A DNA stretch of 35,371 nt from a virus (lineage: Duplodnaviria > Caudoviricetes), in the IMG/VR virus record IMGVR_UViG_3300030095_000481, positions 1-35,371 of that record; one strand, 5' to 3'. The notes under the pieces were generated by a model. It was not told the DNA's origin and searched no databases. It was given only the letters and a program-made list of their open reading frames with translations. The translations under genes were made by a program, and so were the position numbers. Shown piece by piece: positions 26,569 through 33,718 of this stretch (positions are counted from its first letter, which is position 1; the number at the start of each line of letters is the position of its first letter).

Positions 26569-26624
26569 GGTCACGGAGGCTATCTTTCTGAAAATCCTAC
26601 GCTATGCAGGTCCTCCGCTCGACC
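26569..26624 (-). ncRNA. Candidate structured RNA (three-way junction)
   Basis: GGTC/GACC and CGGAGG/CCTCCG closing stems enclose CCTGC/GTAGG and ATTTT/AAGAT hairpins; GC-rich island in AT-rich DNA. Confidence 0.4.
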
Positions 26625-26649
26625 TATCATCACGTTGCTTGTATAGTCT

Positions 26650-26691
26650 AGGTAAAGGCGGTGCTAGTATGACACCGCCAAATTACCTTTT
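26650..26691. terminator. Probable bidirectional intrinsic terminator between the early operon and int
   Basis: GGCGGTG-N9-CACCGCC stem extended by AGGTAA/TTACCT, with T-runs on both sides; convergent genes. Confidence 0.75.
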
Positions 26692-26694
26692 AAA

Positions 26695-27912
26695 TTATAT
26701 TTTGATTATATGAGTTCTTAATGCTTTTGCTTTTGCATCAGTCAAAGCCTTGGTAGCTCTGACGTTATGATTACCATATCTGTCTTGAGTTGTTTGAAAT
26801 CTTGAATGTCCAACTACTGATTTTACATAGTTAGAGTTTAGATTTCCTGAGTACAGATCATTGATTAATTTAGTTGCTAAACTATGTCTAAAAGTTTTCA
26901 TCACTGCACCTTTTAATGGTGAGCTGATAACTCTTATATGACCTCTATGCCATTGGATCTTAGCTAATCCATACTCTGCATATGTGGACCACATAGTATT
27001 AGACATACCTTTATCACTGATAGGTCTGTCACCTCTAAATGCAGGAAACAACCAGTTAGATGCAGGCTTGTATTTTTCAACAGTAGAAATCCACCATTGC
27101 AAAAACTTTAAAGCCTTTGGATCTACATCAATGCTTCTAAAGCTGCCTTTGTTTTTTGTTCTTTTCAAAAGACCGCCTTCTCTATCATTGTAAGTTTTGT
27201 TGATGTCTAATAAACCTTTATCAAAATCAACATCCTTTGGCTGCAGACCTTTTATCTCTGATCTTCTTAAACCAAATAAAAATAAGACTGAGATTAATGC
27301 AAACTTATAAGCATCTTCAAAGCTCTTATCTTTTTTAGTTCCAAGAGATATAAGCATTTTTTCGATTTGATTATCATCGATGATTACAGTTTCTTTCTCA
27401 TATCTTTGGCTGTGATCTGCTGGAACAATCTCGTAGAAAGTATGTGTCTTAAATTTAAGAACATCTAAACAAGGATTGTTACCTTCTTCAGTCATAACAT
27501 TTAAGAATGATTTTATATGCTTAACCATTCTTACTAACCTCTTATAAGGATAATTAGCTTTATGACATTTGATTAATAGATCTTTTAAATGAACTGTTTT
27601 AAATTCAGATAAAAGACAATCAGTCATATAAGGTTCTATCCTTAGCGACCAGTCAGCTTTGTAACCTTGTACTCCTGACTTTGTATAAGTAATAGATGGA
27701 TCAGAAGCTATCTCAGCTCTGTAATCTACAAACTTTTTAAAAGCAGTTTTGAAGGTTAATTTTGATGGATTAATTTCTGCTTGTTTTGAAACCAATCTAT
27801 CTCTGTACTCAATGGCATCTTTTTTCTTTTTTATGATGCCTTTGTTTTGTTGCTTACGGTTTAGATCAAGAACGATCCAACCGTTTCTTTTTGGTGATAT
27901 ACGATACGTCAT
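26695..27912 (-). CDS. int: Tyrosine integrase
   Basis: 405 aa with GLRRSEI, KRTKNK, KTFRH and VGHS...QDRYG catalytic motifs; adjacent to the tRNA fragment. Confidence 0.93.
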   Translation of the reverse strand: MTYRISPKRNGWIVLDLNRKQQNKGIIKKKKDAIEYRDRLVSKQAEINPSKLTFKTAFKKFVDYRAEIASDPSITYTKSGVQGYKADWSLRIEPYMTDCLLSEFKTVHLKDLLIKCHKANYPYKRLVRMVKHIKSFLNVMTEEGNNPCLDVLKFKTHTFYEIVPADHSQRYEKETVIIDDNQIEKMLISLGTKKDKSFEDAYKFALISVLFLFGLRRSEIKGLQPKDVDFDKGLLDINKTYNDREGGLLKRTKNKGSFRSIDVDPKALKFLQWWISTVEKYKPASNWLFPAFRGDRPISDKGMSNTMWSTYAEYGLAKIQWHRGHIRVISSPLKGAVMKTFRHSLATKLINDLYSGNLNSNYVKSVVGHSRFQTTQDRYGNHNVRATKALTDAKAKALRTHIIKI

Positions 27913-27918
27913 ATCTAT

Positions 27919-27946
27919 TTAATAATGGACGTGGCTTATTTCGCAA
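27919..27946 (-). promoter_or_regulatory. Putative int promoter (leaderless)
   Basis: TTGCGA-16-TATTAA-6-ATG, with no SD sequence. Confidence 0.5.
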
Positions 27947-28170
27947 TACAAATCACTCGCTCTAAGAAATTTTACACCGATGAGTTTAGAGCTATTGCTT
28001 GTTAAAACGGCGCTCTTAGATGGTGCAAAACTGGTGTAAAAATTTAATAAAAAATTTCTACTCTCAGAGTTAGTTAGGATTTTATGCGAAAATCCGAACA
28101 TTATTAGTTTTCTTCCTTTTCCGAGAACTTCAAAAGTAAGGATATACTTGAGGTAGAAATCTACTTACAG

Positions 28171-28210
28171 GTGACAGGCAGGCGCTCTAACCAAACTGAG
28201 CTACACCCCC
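28171..28210 (-). tRNA. 5' half of tRNA-Asp(GTC); att core, not a complete tRNA
   Basis: GGGGGTGTAGCTCAGTTTGGTTAGAGCGCCTGCCTGTCAC contains the acceptor 5' strand, D arm, anticodon 5' stem and loop CTGTCAC; no T arm follows. Confidence 0.9.
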
Positions 28211-28290
28211 AGACGTGCTTGGTGCAAGAATGGTGCAACTTGTTAGAACTCTGTCACCGCTCAAGATCCAAAACTTCGGCTCTCACTATT

Positions 28291-28318
28291 AATATAAGCA
28301 TTTATATCAGATAGTAAA
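28291..28318 (-). promoter_or_regulatory. Putative promoter reading into the tRNA half
   Basis: TTTACT-16-TATATT about 80 nt upstream of the tRNA 5' end. Confidence 0.4.
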
Positions 28319-28334
28319 GGATGGTTTTGCACCA

Positions 28335-28580
28335 CTAAACAAATCTAAATCTACGTACTTTCTTAGCAATACGCTTAGGTTGTTTAGAGAATTGCTTACC
28401 TTTCTTCTTATCTCTTCTTTTTGCTTTTGTCGTAGCAGCATATTCCGCTGGTGATAAAGCTTTGATAGCGGCACTTGGCAAATATCTTTCGCCAGTGACA
28501 CTTGATTTTTTTCCAGATTTTGTTCGCCATTTTTGTTTTGACCAGGATCTTAAAGATCTCTGCCTTCTACTTAATGCCAT
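28335..28580 (-). CDS. Small highly basic protein (DUF5872-associated type)
   Basis: QRSLRSWSKQKWRTKSGK...TGERYLP. Confidence 0.75.
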   Translation of the reverse strand: MALSRRQRSLRSWSKQKWRTKSGKKSSVTGERYLPSAAIKALSPAEYAATTKAKRRDKKKGKQFSKQPKRIAKKVRRFRFV

Positions 28581-28768
28581 TACTTATAACCGCCACCAGC
28601 TTTCTTATACCGCTTGGCAAGCAGTTGTGCTTTTCTAGCACTCCACTTACCAGCAGCAGTTCCTTGGATATTAGCAGCCAATACACGATTAAAAATACGC
28701 TTCCTTAAACCAGGCTTTGTATAGTTACCTGATTTGTTAACGGAACTTTTTCTTTTTTTTCTTGGCAT
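28580..28768 (-). CDS. Small highly basic protein (DUF5872-like)
   Basis: NYTKPGLRKRI...GKWSARKAQLLAKRYKKAGGGYK. Confidence 0.75.
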   Translation of the reverse strand: MPRKKRKSSVNKSGNYTKPGLRKRIFNRVLAANIQGTAAGKWSARKAQLLAKRYKKAGGGYK

Positions 28769-28865
28769 TTTTCTTACGCTTTAATTTACGAAAGTCAGCA
28801 CCAGTTATTTTTCCAAATGGTGGAGCAGCTTTCGCGATACGCTTTTGTCTTGATGATAACTTCAT
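28737..28865 (-). CDS. Basic peptide (42 aa, not in the ORF track)
   Basis: MKLSSRQKRIAKAAPPFGKITGADFRKLKRKKNAKKKKKKFR; TAATG coupling. Confidence 0.7.
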   Translation of the reverse strand: MKLSSRQKRIAKAAPPFGKITGADFRKLKRKKNAKKKKKKFR

Positions 28866-28963
28866 TACTTTTTACCTTTTTTGAAGTTACTTTTAGCAGT
28901 TACTTTGTAACCACCTTTACTCTTATTCTTTTTCTTATTTTTTGATTTTTTCTTACCGTACAT
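28865..28963 (-). CDS. Basic peptide (32 aa, not in the ORF track)
   Basis: MYGKKKSKNKKKNKSKGGYKVTAKSNFKKGKK; GAGG RBS. Confidence 0.7.
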   Translation of the reverse strand: MYGKKKSKNKKKNKSKGGYKVTAKSNFKKGKK

Positions 28964-29138
28964 ATTTTTGACCTCTGTTATATTCCGTCATACAATCTCG
29001 AATTGGTGGCACACCTATCATCTGATAGATCATACAAAAGATCTTACCTTCAGCTGTAACAACAAACGTCTCTGAGTGTTGCTTGCAGTGATGACACTTA
29101 GGCGCAATTATTACCTTGCGCTTTTTTCGTTTTCGCAT
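28953..29138 (-). CDS. Small basic zinc-finger-like protein
   Basis: MRKRKKRK start, CHHC motif and two further Cys. Confidence 0.65.
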   Translation of the reverse strand: MRKRKKRKVIIAPKCHHCKQHSETFVVTAEGKIFCMIYQMIGVPPIRDCMTEYNRGQKYVR

Positions 29139-29155
29139 TTAAGAATGGTTGATGA

Positions 29156-29395
29156 TTAACGCCAAGCTTTACAGCTCCAGTACCTAGCTTTTGTTTTAGG
29201 TCCAGGAGTGCTGCATCTATGGCGTGATAAGAAACTCTTCCGAGCTCCTTTGTTATTCTTACGGATCTTCATATTTGGATCACCGAAAGAAACTTTTTTC
29301 ACCTTGCTGCCAGCTTTCACATACACAAAAGACTTCTTGCTTCCGCCTCTTTGTGGTTTATTTAAATTAACTTTTCTTCCTCTATAGATAGCCAT
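29156..29395 (-). CDS. Small basic protein (DUF6321-like)
   Basis: KVKKVSFGDPNMKI...ARKSFLSRHRC...KARYWSCKAW. Confidence 0.75.
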   Translation of the reverse strand: MAIYRGRKVNLNKPQRGGSKKSFVYVKAGSKVKKVSFGDPNMKIRKNNKGARKSFLSRHRCSTPGPKTKARYWSCKAWR

Positions 29396-29595
29396 TAGTC
29401 TAAATTAGATATGCTTATGATCTTACCGTCTTTCACTACGGCTTTGACTTTCATACATCTATATTCTGCATTGTTTGAATGACGAGTTGCTATCCTTTTT
29501 TTTTCTAAGCATTTTTGTACATTCTTCATCAGTAAGTGTTCTTTCAAAATTGGCGGATCGCCTAGGAACATCAATAAACTAATTACCACTTCCAT
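29395..29595 (-). CDS. Small protein with hydrophobic N-terminus and Cys pair
   Basis: MEVVISLLMFLG...KCLEKKR...YRCMKV; follows a TM plus coiled-coil gene. Confidence 0.6.
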   Translation of the reverse strand: MEVVISLLMFLGDPPILKEHLLMKNVQKCLEKKRIATRHSNNAEYRCMKVKAVVKDGKIISISNLD

Positions 29596-29956
29596 TTAAT
29601 TTTCTCGTTAAGTTTAATAAGTATTCAATTTTTTTTTCTGCTTCTTTAAGATCCTCTTCTAAGTTTTTAATCATTACTTGAGAGTGTATATTTTCATCTA
29701 GTAATTCTTGATGCTTAGCAATCAAACCTGCGTTATGTTCGATAAGCATATAGATCTCTAAATTCTTAGGTGTCTGTTCTGCCTTCTTTAAAAGGTCTGA
29801 GCTCATCAGCTGATCTTGCGTCTCTAAAGTCGTTATTCTGTTTGTAAGAGCCGTGTAGCCAAATACTGTTGAAGCAACTAAACCTACCACCATAAGTAGA
29901 TTAGCAATAGGCATTGAGATTTTTGACTTATCTGAAATATTTAATTGATCTTTCAC
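29579..29956 (-). CDS. Membrane-anchored coiled-coil protein (spanin-like)
   Basis: One TM segment (IANLLMVVGLVASTVFGY) followed by coiled coil; in the lysis region. Confidence 0.55.
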   Translation of the reverse strand: MKDQLNISDKSKISMPIANLLMVVGLVASTVFGYTALTNRITTLETQDQLMSSDLLKKAEQTPKNLEIYMLIEHNAGLIAKHQELLDENIHSQVMIKNLEEDLKEAEKKIEYLLNLTRKLNGSGN

Positions 29957-30087
29957 CGACCTTGACCTCTACTTTTCTTCCTACGATTTTTGTTTTTATT
30001 TAATCTTTTTGAATGTCTGCCAGGTCGTTTCTTTCGTGTGCGCTTGATGTATGTATTAACACCGAAAAGACCTTTTTTCTTAGCCAT
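29953..30087 (-). CDS. Basic peptide (44 aa, not in the ORF track)
   Basis: MAKKKGLFGVNTYIKRTRKKRPGRHSKRLNKNKNRRKKSRGQGR; GTGA overlap with the next gene. Confidence 0.7.
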   Translation of the reverse strand: MAKKKGLFGVNTYIKRTRKKRPGRHSKRLNKNKNRRKKSRGQGR

Positions 30088-30423
30088 CTACTTCTTAAAG
30101 ATATTAGAGATCTTGATACCAAAGCTTGCAGCTACAATAGCTCCAAAGATATAGAATATCTCTGATGGCATTGCAGATAAGACTTTAGCCCAGTTCATAA
30201 ATCTTTCTGTTTCACCAATTAGAGGCAAACTTAAAATGACTAAAAACCAAACTAAAATAAGTTCATCTTTAAATGAACCTCCGCTTTGTTTTATCTTTTC
30301 TATTTGAATATCTTTTTGACATTCGATCTCTGTATTACGAGCAACCTCTTTCTTTTTAAGATGGTGTTTCAAAGCTCCAATAGAATTTTCTAATAATGTT
30401 TTTCCTAGTAAATTAAATAGCAT
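30088..30423 (-). CDS. Holin
   Basis: SFKDELILVWFLVILSLP and YIFGAIVAASFGIK TM segments; TAATG-coupled to the endolysin gene. Confidence 0.75.
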   Translation of the reverse strand: MLFNLLGKTLLENSIGALKHHLKKKEVARNTEIECQKDIQIEKIKQSGGSFKDELILVWFLVILSLPLIGETERFMNWAKVLSAMPSEIFYIFGAIVAASFGIKISNIFKK

Positions 30424-30821
30424 TAGTATTTCCAAGCGTTAGGACGCATATTAAATCCGTGTTCGTGTGTAAGATTATCGATATGAATAAATGTTTTTGC
30501 GATACCTAAACCAGTAACTTTAGTAGCAAAGTAATCAATAAGTTCTTTTCTATGTTGACTATCTTTAACTCCAATATCTAAAGCGTGACCTGTAGTGTGA
30601 GGTCCAGCTTCACCAGTTGAACTTACACTAGCATTGTGAGAAGGACATCTGTAAGCACTTGTAATAGATAAAGGTCCTAGCTCGTCTCTAGCTGATTGAA
30701 CTAGATCTATCATAGCAGCATCTATTTTTACTTTGCTGCAGCATTTACATTTAAATTCATCAAGTGCGAAGTTCTTCCACTCTGTTTTCCACTCTGATTG
30801 TTCGTTTATGTAAGTTGACAT
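30423..30821 (-). CDS. Endolysin, peptidase M15 family
   Basis: NFALDEFKCKCC, SAYRCPSHN, HTTGHALD and FIHID zinc-peptidase motifs. Confidence 0.9.
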   Translation of the reverse strand: MSTYINEQSEWKTEWKNFALDEFKCKCCSKVKIDAAMIDLVQSARDELGPLSITSAYRCPSHNASVSSTGEAGPHTTGHALDIGVKDSQHRKELIDYFATKVTGLGIAKTFIHIDNLTHEHGFNMRPNAWKY

Positions 30822-31053
30822 ATATTAATTTAACTCCAAGTCTTATTTGTAATTCTGATCTTTCTCTTTTTCGGTGATGACTGTCGTTATCTGTTTTAAC
30901 GTCAAACAGTTCAGTCTTTCCTGATTGAATATTTAGTCTGATAAGATCGATAGGACCTATTCCGCAAAAATTTGTAAATACGAAATGATCGTCATCGATT
31001 AGGTGTTGAGCAGCAAGAAGATGTGCTTTGATACCTCTGTTATAGAACTGCAT
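30760..31053 (-). CDS. Small PD-(D/E)XK nuclease / resolvase-like protein
   Basis: RGIKAHLLA...GPIDLI...LFDVKT motif order. Confidence 0.65.
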   Translation of the reverse strand: MQFYNRGIKAHLLAAQHLIDDDHFVFTNFCGIGPIDLIRLNIQSGKTELFDVKTDNDSHHRKRERSELQIRLGVKLIYVNLHKRTIRVENRVEELRT

Positions 31054-31225
31054 TTAGAAGAACGAATAGCTCACCTAAAACAACTAAACCTACTGCACCT
31101 AACACATATAAAATACGATCAATATCCGTTTTTATATGCGCAAGATGATTGTTCTCTAGTGTGTCTAGTTTCTGTTTTATTAAAGCAACATCTTTATCTA
31201 TTTTTCTTAGATCGTCATCCATCAT
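31040..31225 (-). CDS. Small coiled-coil protein with C-terminal TM segment (holin/XhlA-like)
   Basis: LENNHLAHI followed by ILYVLGAVGLVVL. Confidence 0.6.
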   Translation of the reverse strand: MMDDDLRKIDKDVALIKQKLDTLENNHLAHIKTDIDRILYVLGAVGLVVLGELFVLLNAVL

Positions 31226-31234
31226 AAATTATTC

Positions 31235-31534
31235 CTATTCTGGTTTTGTTGGAAAAGTAACAGCTTCAACATCTGCAGCAGTAGCATCGTCAGCAATCGT
31301 GCCAGGAAGATTTCTTAGGTCTTGTCTGTACGTTGTCATAGCTTCTGACATAGTAACATCAGATAAAGCATAGAAATCAGTCTCTGTTAAAAGTCTGTTT
31401 CTTTTAGATCTTAGACTAGCCATTGCTCTATCTTTAGCACCAGCTGCCCAAGCCGCTTCTTCTGCGTCTCTTGCTGCTTCTTCTTCTGCTGTAAATTGAA
31501 TACGGTCACCATTGACCATTTTAAATCTTGGCAT
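31235..31534 (-). CDS. Tail fibre assembly chaperone-like protein
   Basis: LRSKRNRLLTETD, YRQDLRNLP and FPTKP motifs. Confidence 0.8.
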   Translation of the reverse strand: MPRFKMVNGDRIQFTAEEEAARDAEEAAWAAGAKDRAMASLRSKRNRLLTETDFYALSDVTMSEAMTTYRQDLRNLPGTIADDATAADVEAVTFPTKPE

Positions 31535-31600
31535 TTGAACTCCTATTATTATTAATTATTATTATTATTGATTGTGCTTATTTCACTAAGCTAAAATTTT

Positions 31601-32215
31601 TTATGCAACTCCATACATATCTATTGTTCCAGCGTCTATGTTTCCTGATGACATTTTAAACTGCATAGCATCAATAGCTGAAGTCGTATTAAAATATCCA
31701 GCTATAAAATCATTACCAACATATTTTGCTGGACTTGAATAACTTACATAAGCTGATGAACTTATAAAATGTTTTGTAAAAGTAGTTGATGATGGTTCAA
31801 ACAAATTTAAATAACCTGAATAGCTATCATCATTATCAGTAGGAAATTGCTCTACTGATATTGGTATAAAAGAAGTTGATTGTGCCGCATCTGAACCTGA
31901 TGAATAAGCCAATTGTGTAAAGCTACCAGCTTCATTATGTGCCGCACCAAAAGCACTTGAAGTGCAAGTTGTATTATAATTTGACCCACTATCTGTACTT
32001 GCTTGAAAAGTAAATTTTGCATTTGCTGATGCGTGAATATTATTAAAAACAAATATATATTCTTTATAAGTGCTAGTAAGACCTGATGTAATGCTTAAAC
32101 TTGCTGATGAACTAGCTGTTGATCTTGATATAAAAACTAAATTACCAAGTCCTGTTATGCTACCAAAAGCAGTTGCGTCTTTTACTCCTCTATTATTTAA
32201 TTTAATTATACTCAT
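31601..32215 (-). CDS. Tail-tip array protein, family A paralog 4
   Basis: STYKEYIF.FNNIH, GSNYN, LFEPSSTTFTKHF and SGNIDAGTIDMYG motifs. Confidence 0.7.
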   Translation of the reverse strand: MSIIKLNNRGVKDATAFGSITGLGNLVFISRSTASSSASLSITSGLTSTYKEYIFVFNNIHASANAKFTFQASTDSGSNYNTTCTSSAFGAAHNEAGSFTQLAYSSGSDAAQSTSFIPISVEQFPTDNDDSYSGYLNLFEPSSTTFTKHFISSSAYVSYSSPAKYVGNDFIAGYFNTTSAIDAMQFKMSSGNIDAGTIDMYGVA

Positions 32216-32826
32216 TATGATTTACTCAATCCATACATTTTAATTACACCGCTATCTATGTTACCACTAGAAAATTTAAAATCTATTGCATCAACAGCAG
32301 ATGTGGTGTTTCCGTAACCAGCAACAAAAAGATTATTTGCTTTATCACTATCATTTGTTCCGCTTGCAGTTAATATAAAGTGTTTGACAAATGTTGTTGA
32401 ACTAGGATTAAACAAATATAAATTTCCTGCACAGTTTTGGTCATTATCATTACCACAAGCGTGAACTAAATTTTGATAACTTGTACTCTGCGCTAAATCA
32501 TCTGTTGCCGCATAATTTAAAACAGCTTCTCCATCATTTTCTGAATGATAAGCGTGAAAAAAAGTTGTAGTTTTCGTAGTGTTATAATTTGAACCACCGT
32601 CAGTTGACATATTAAATGTAAAATTAGCACCATCAGTAGCTGGGTGAATATTTATAAACTTAAATAAATAAGTATCGTATGTGCTATTAATATTAGAAGT
32701 AAAAGAAGATGAAGATACTCCTGATGATATTGTGTTTGTTGTAATTAAATTCATTGCGCCACTTGATAAACCAGCAACTGCTGTAACGCTACTTATAGAA
32801 TTGTTATTGTATTTAACTAACGCCAT
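32215..32826 (-). CDS. Tail-tip array protein, family A paralog 3
   Basis: STYDTYLFKFINIH, GSNYN, LFNPSSTTFVKHF and SGNIDSGVIKMYG motifs. Confidence 0.7.
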   Translation of the reverse strand: MALVKYNNNSISSVTAVAGLSSGAMNLITTNTISSGVSSSSFTSNINSTYDTYLFKFINIHPATDGANFTFNMSTDGGSNYNTTKTTTFFHAYHSENDGEAVLNYAATDDLAQSTSYQNLVHACGNDNDQNCAGNLYLFNPSSTTFVKHFILTASGTNDSDKANNLFVAGYGNTTSAVDAIDFKFSSGNIDSGVIKMYGLSKS

Positions 32827-33412
32827 ATAATTTTATAACTCCACTATCTATGTTGCCACTAGCAAATTTAAATTGTATTGCATTTATTGCTGATGTTGTA
32901 TTAAAATAACCAGCTATATACGCATTTTGAGTATAAGGTGTAGTAGTCATAGCATTTGATACACCTATAAAATGTTTTACAAAAGTTGTATTGCTAGGAT
33001 CGAAAAGATGAATTGTGCCTGAGCCACTACCATCATTATCATTTACAATTCCATTAATTCTTTGAAATCCTGTAGATTGTGCTAAATCAGCAGACGTATT
33101 ATAACTGAAATCTGTTTCTGCATCATCTTCGTTATGATGTGCTTTAAAATAAGTTGTGGTCTTTGTAACATTGTAATTTGACCCACTATCAACAGAAGCA
33201 TTAAAAGTAAAATCTGAAGTGCTTGCTCCGTGAATATTTATAAATTTAAAAATATATTCTTTATAAGTACTATCTATTCCACTTGTAAAATCTAATGAGG
33301 AACTGCTACTAGCTGTCTGTGTAGATATTAAATTTAAAGCACCACCTGATATTGAAGCTGGTAAAGCTGTGATTGATGATAAGGAATTGTTGTTAGCAAA
33401 GTTAAGAGCCAT
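32813..33412 (-). CDS. Tail-tip array protein, family A paralog 2
   Basis: STYKEYIFKFINIH, GSNYN, LFDPSNTTFVKHF and SGNIDSGVIKLYG motifs. Confidence 0.7.
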   Translation of the reverse strand: MALNFANNNSLSSITALPASISGGALNLISTQTASSSSSLDFTSGIDSTYKEYIFKFINIHGASTSDFTFNASVDSGSNYNVTKTTTYFKAHHNEDDAETDFSYNTSADLAQSTGFQRINGIVNDNDGSGSGTIHLFDPSNTTFVKHFIGVSNAMTTTPYTQNAYIAGYFNTTSAINAIQFKFASGNIDSGVIKLYGVS

Positions 33413-33415
33413 TGA

Positions 33416-33718
33416 TTACTCCTTTGGATTGTCTGATTTTACTTTAGCTATTGCGTCTTTCCAAGTTGTAGTACCATTAACATTATCCCAATACTGCATA
33501 TCAAGTTGTTCTTGAATTGTAGGATAAGCAACTTCTCTATCTCTTTGATATTGTTTAGCATCATACTCAGCTTGTAGTTCTGTTTGTTTTGCTTCTATAT
33601 CATTTACAGAAATAGGCGTTGTATTATTATACCAAGTAATTTGATTTACATCTTCACCATTAATTGAAAATTTTGCTTCAGAATTAATTGCTAATATTGC
33701 TGTCGATAAATCTATCAT
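33416..33718 (-). CDS. Tail fibre assembly/chaperone-like protein
   Basis: QAEYDAKQYQRDR..YPTIQEQLDMQYWD...KVKSDNPK; coupled to the upstream fibre gene. Confidence 0.7.
   Translation of the reverse strand: MIDLSTAILAINSEAKFSINGEDVNQITWYNNTTPISVNDIEAKQTELQAEYDAKQYQRDREVAYPTIQEQLDMQYWDNVNGTTTWKDAIAKVKSDNPKE

Larger units (their letters stand above)
28021..28334. other. attP: attP region with arm-type repeats
   Basis: TGGTGCA/TGGTGTA pairs at 28021+28032 and 28220+28231 (11-bp period) and an inverted copy at 28328-28334 flank a tRNA-derived core. Confidence 0.8.

Noticed and set aside
27919-28101. 60-aa ORF upstream of int
   Set aside because: It spans the arm repeats and the int promoter and has no motif; probably non-coding attP DNA.
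28135-28210. Complete phage tRNA-Asp gene
   Set aside because: After CTGTCAC there is no 3' anticodon stem, T arm (GTTCG) or acceptor 3' strand.
18372-28334. CRISPR array from the TGGTGCA repeats or other repeats
   Set aside because: The repeats are 7 bp with no regular spacers, and there are no cas genes. The Cas4-like fold at 22528 sits in a recombination operon.
28307-28708. ORFs 28307..28501 minus and 28502..28708 plus
   Set aside because: They overlap the better-supported basic-protein genes in other frames.
31543-31569. (ATT)n run as a phase-variable microsatellite
   Set aside because: Short, interrupted and intergenic, directly before an RBS; more likely an unstructured AT-rich translational leader.
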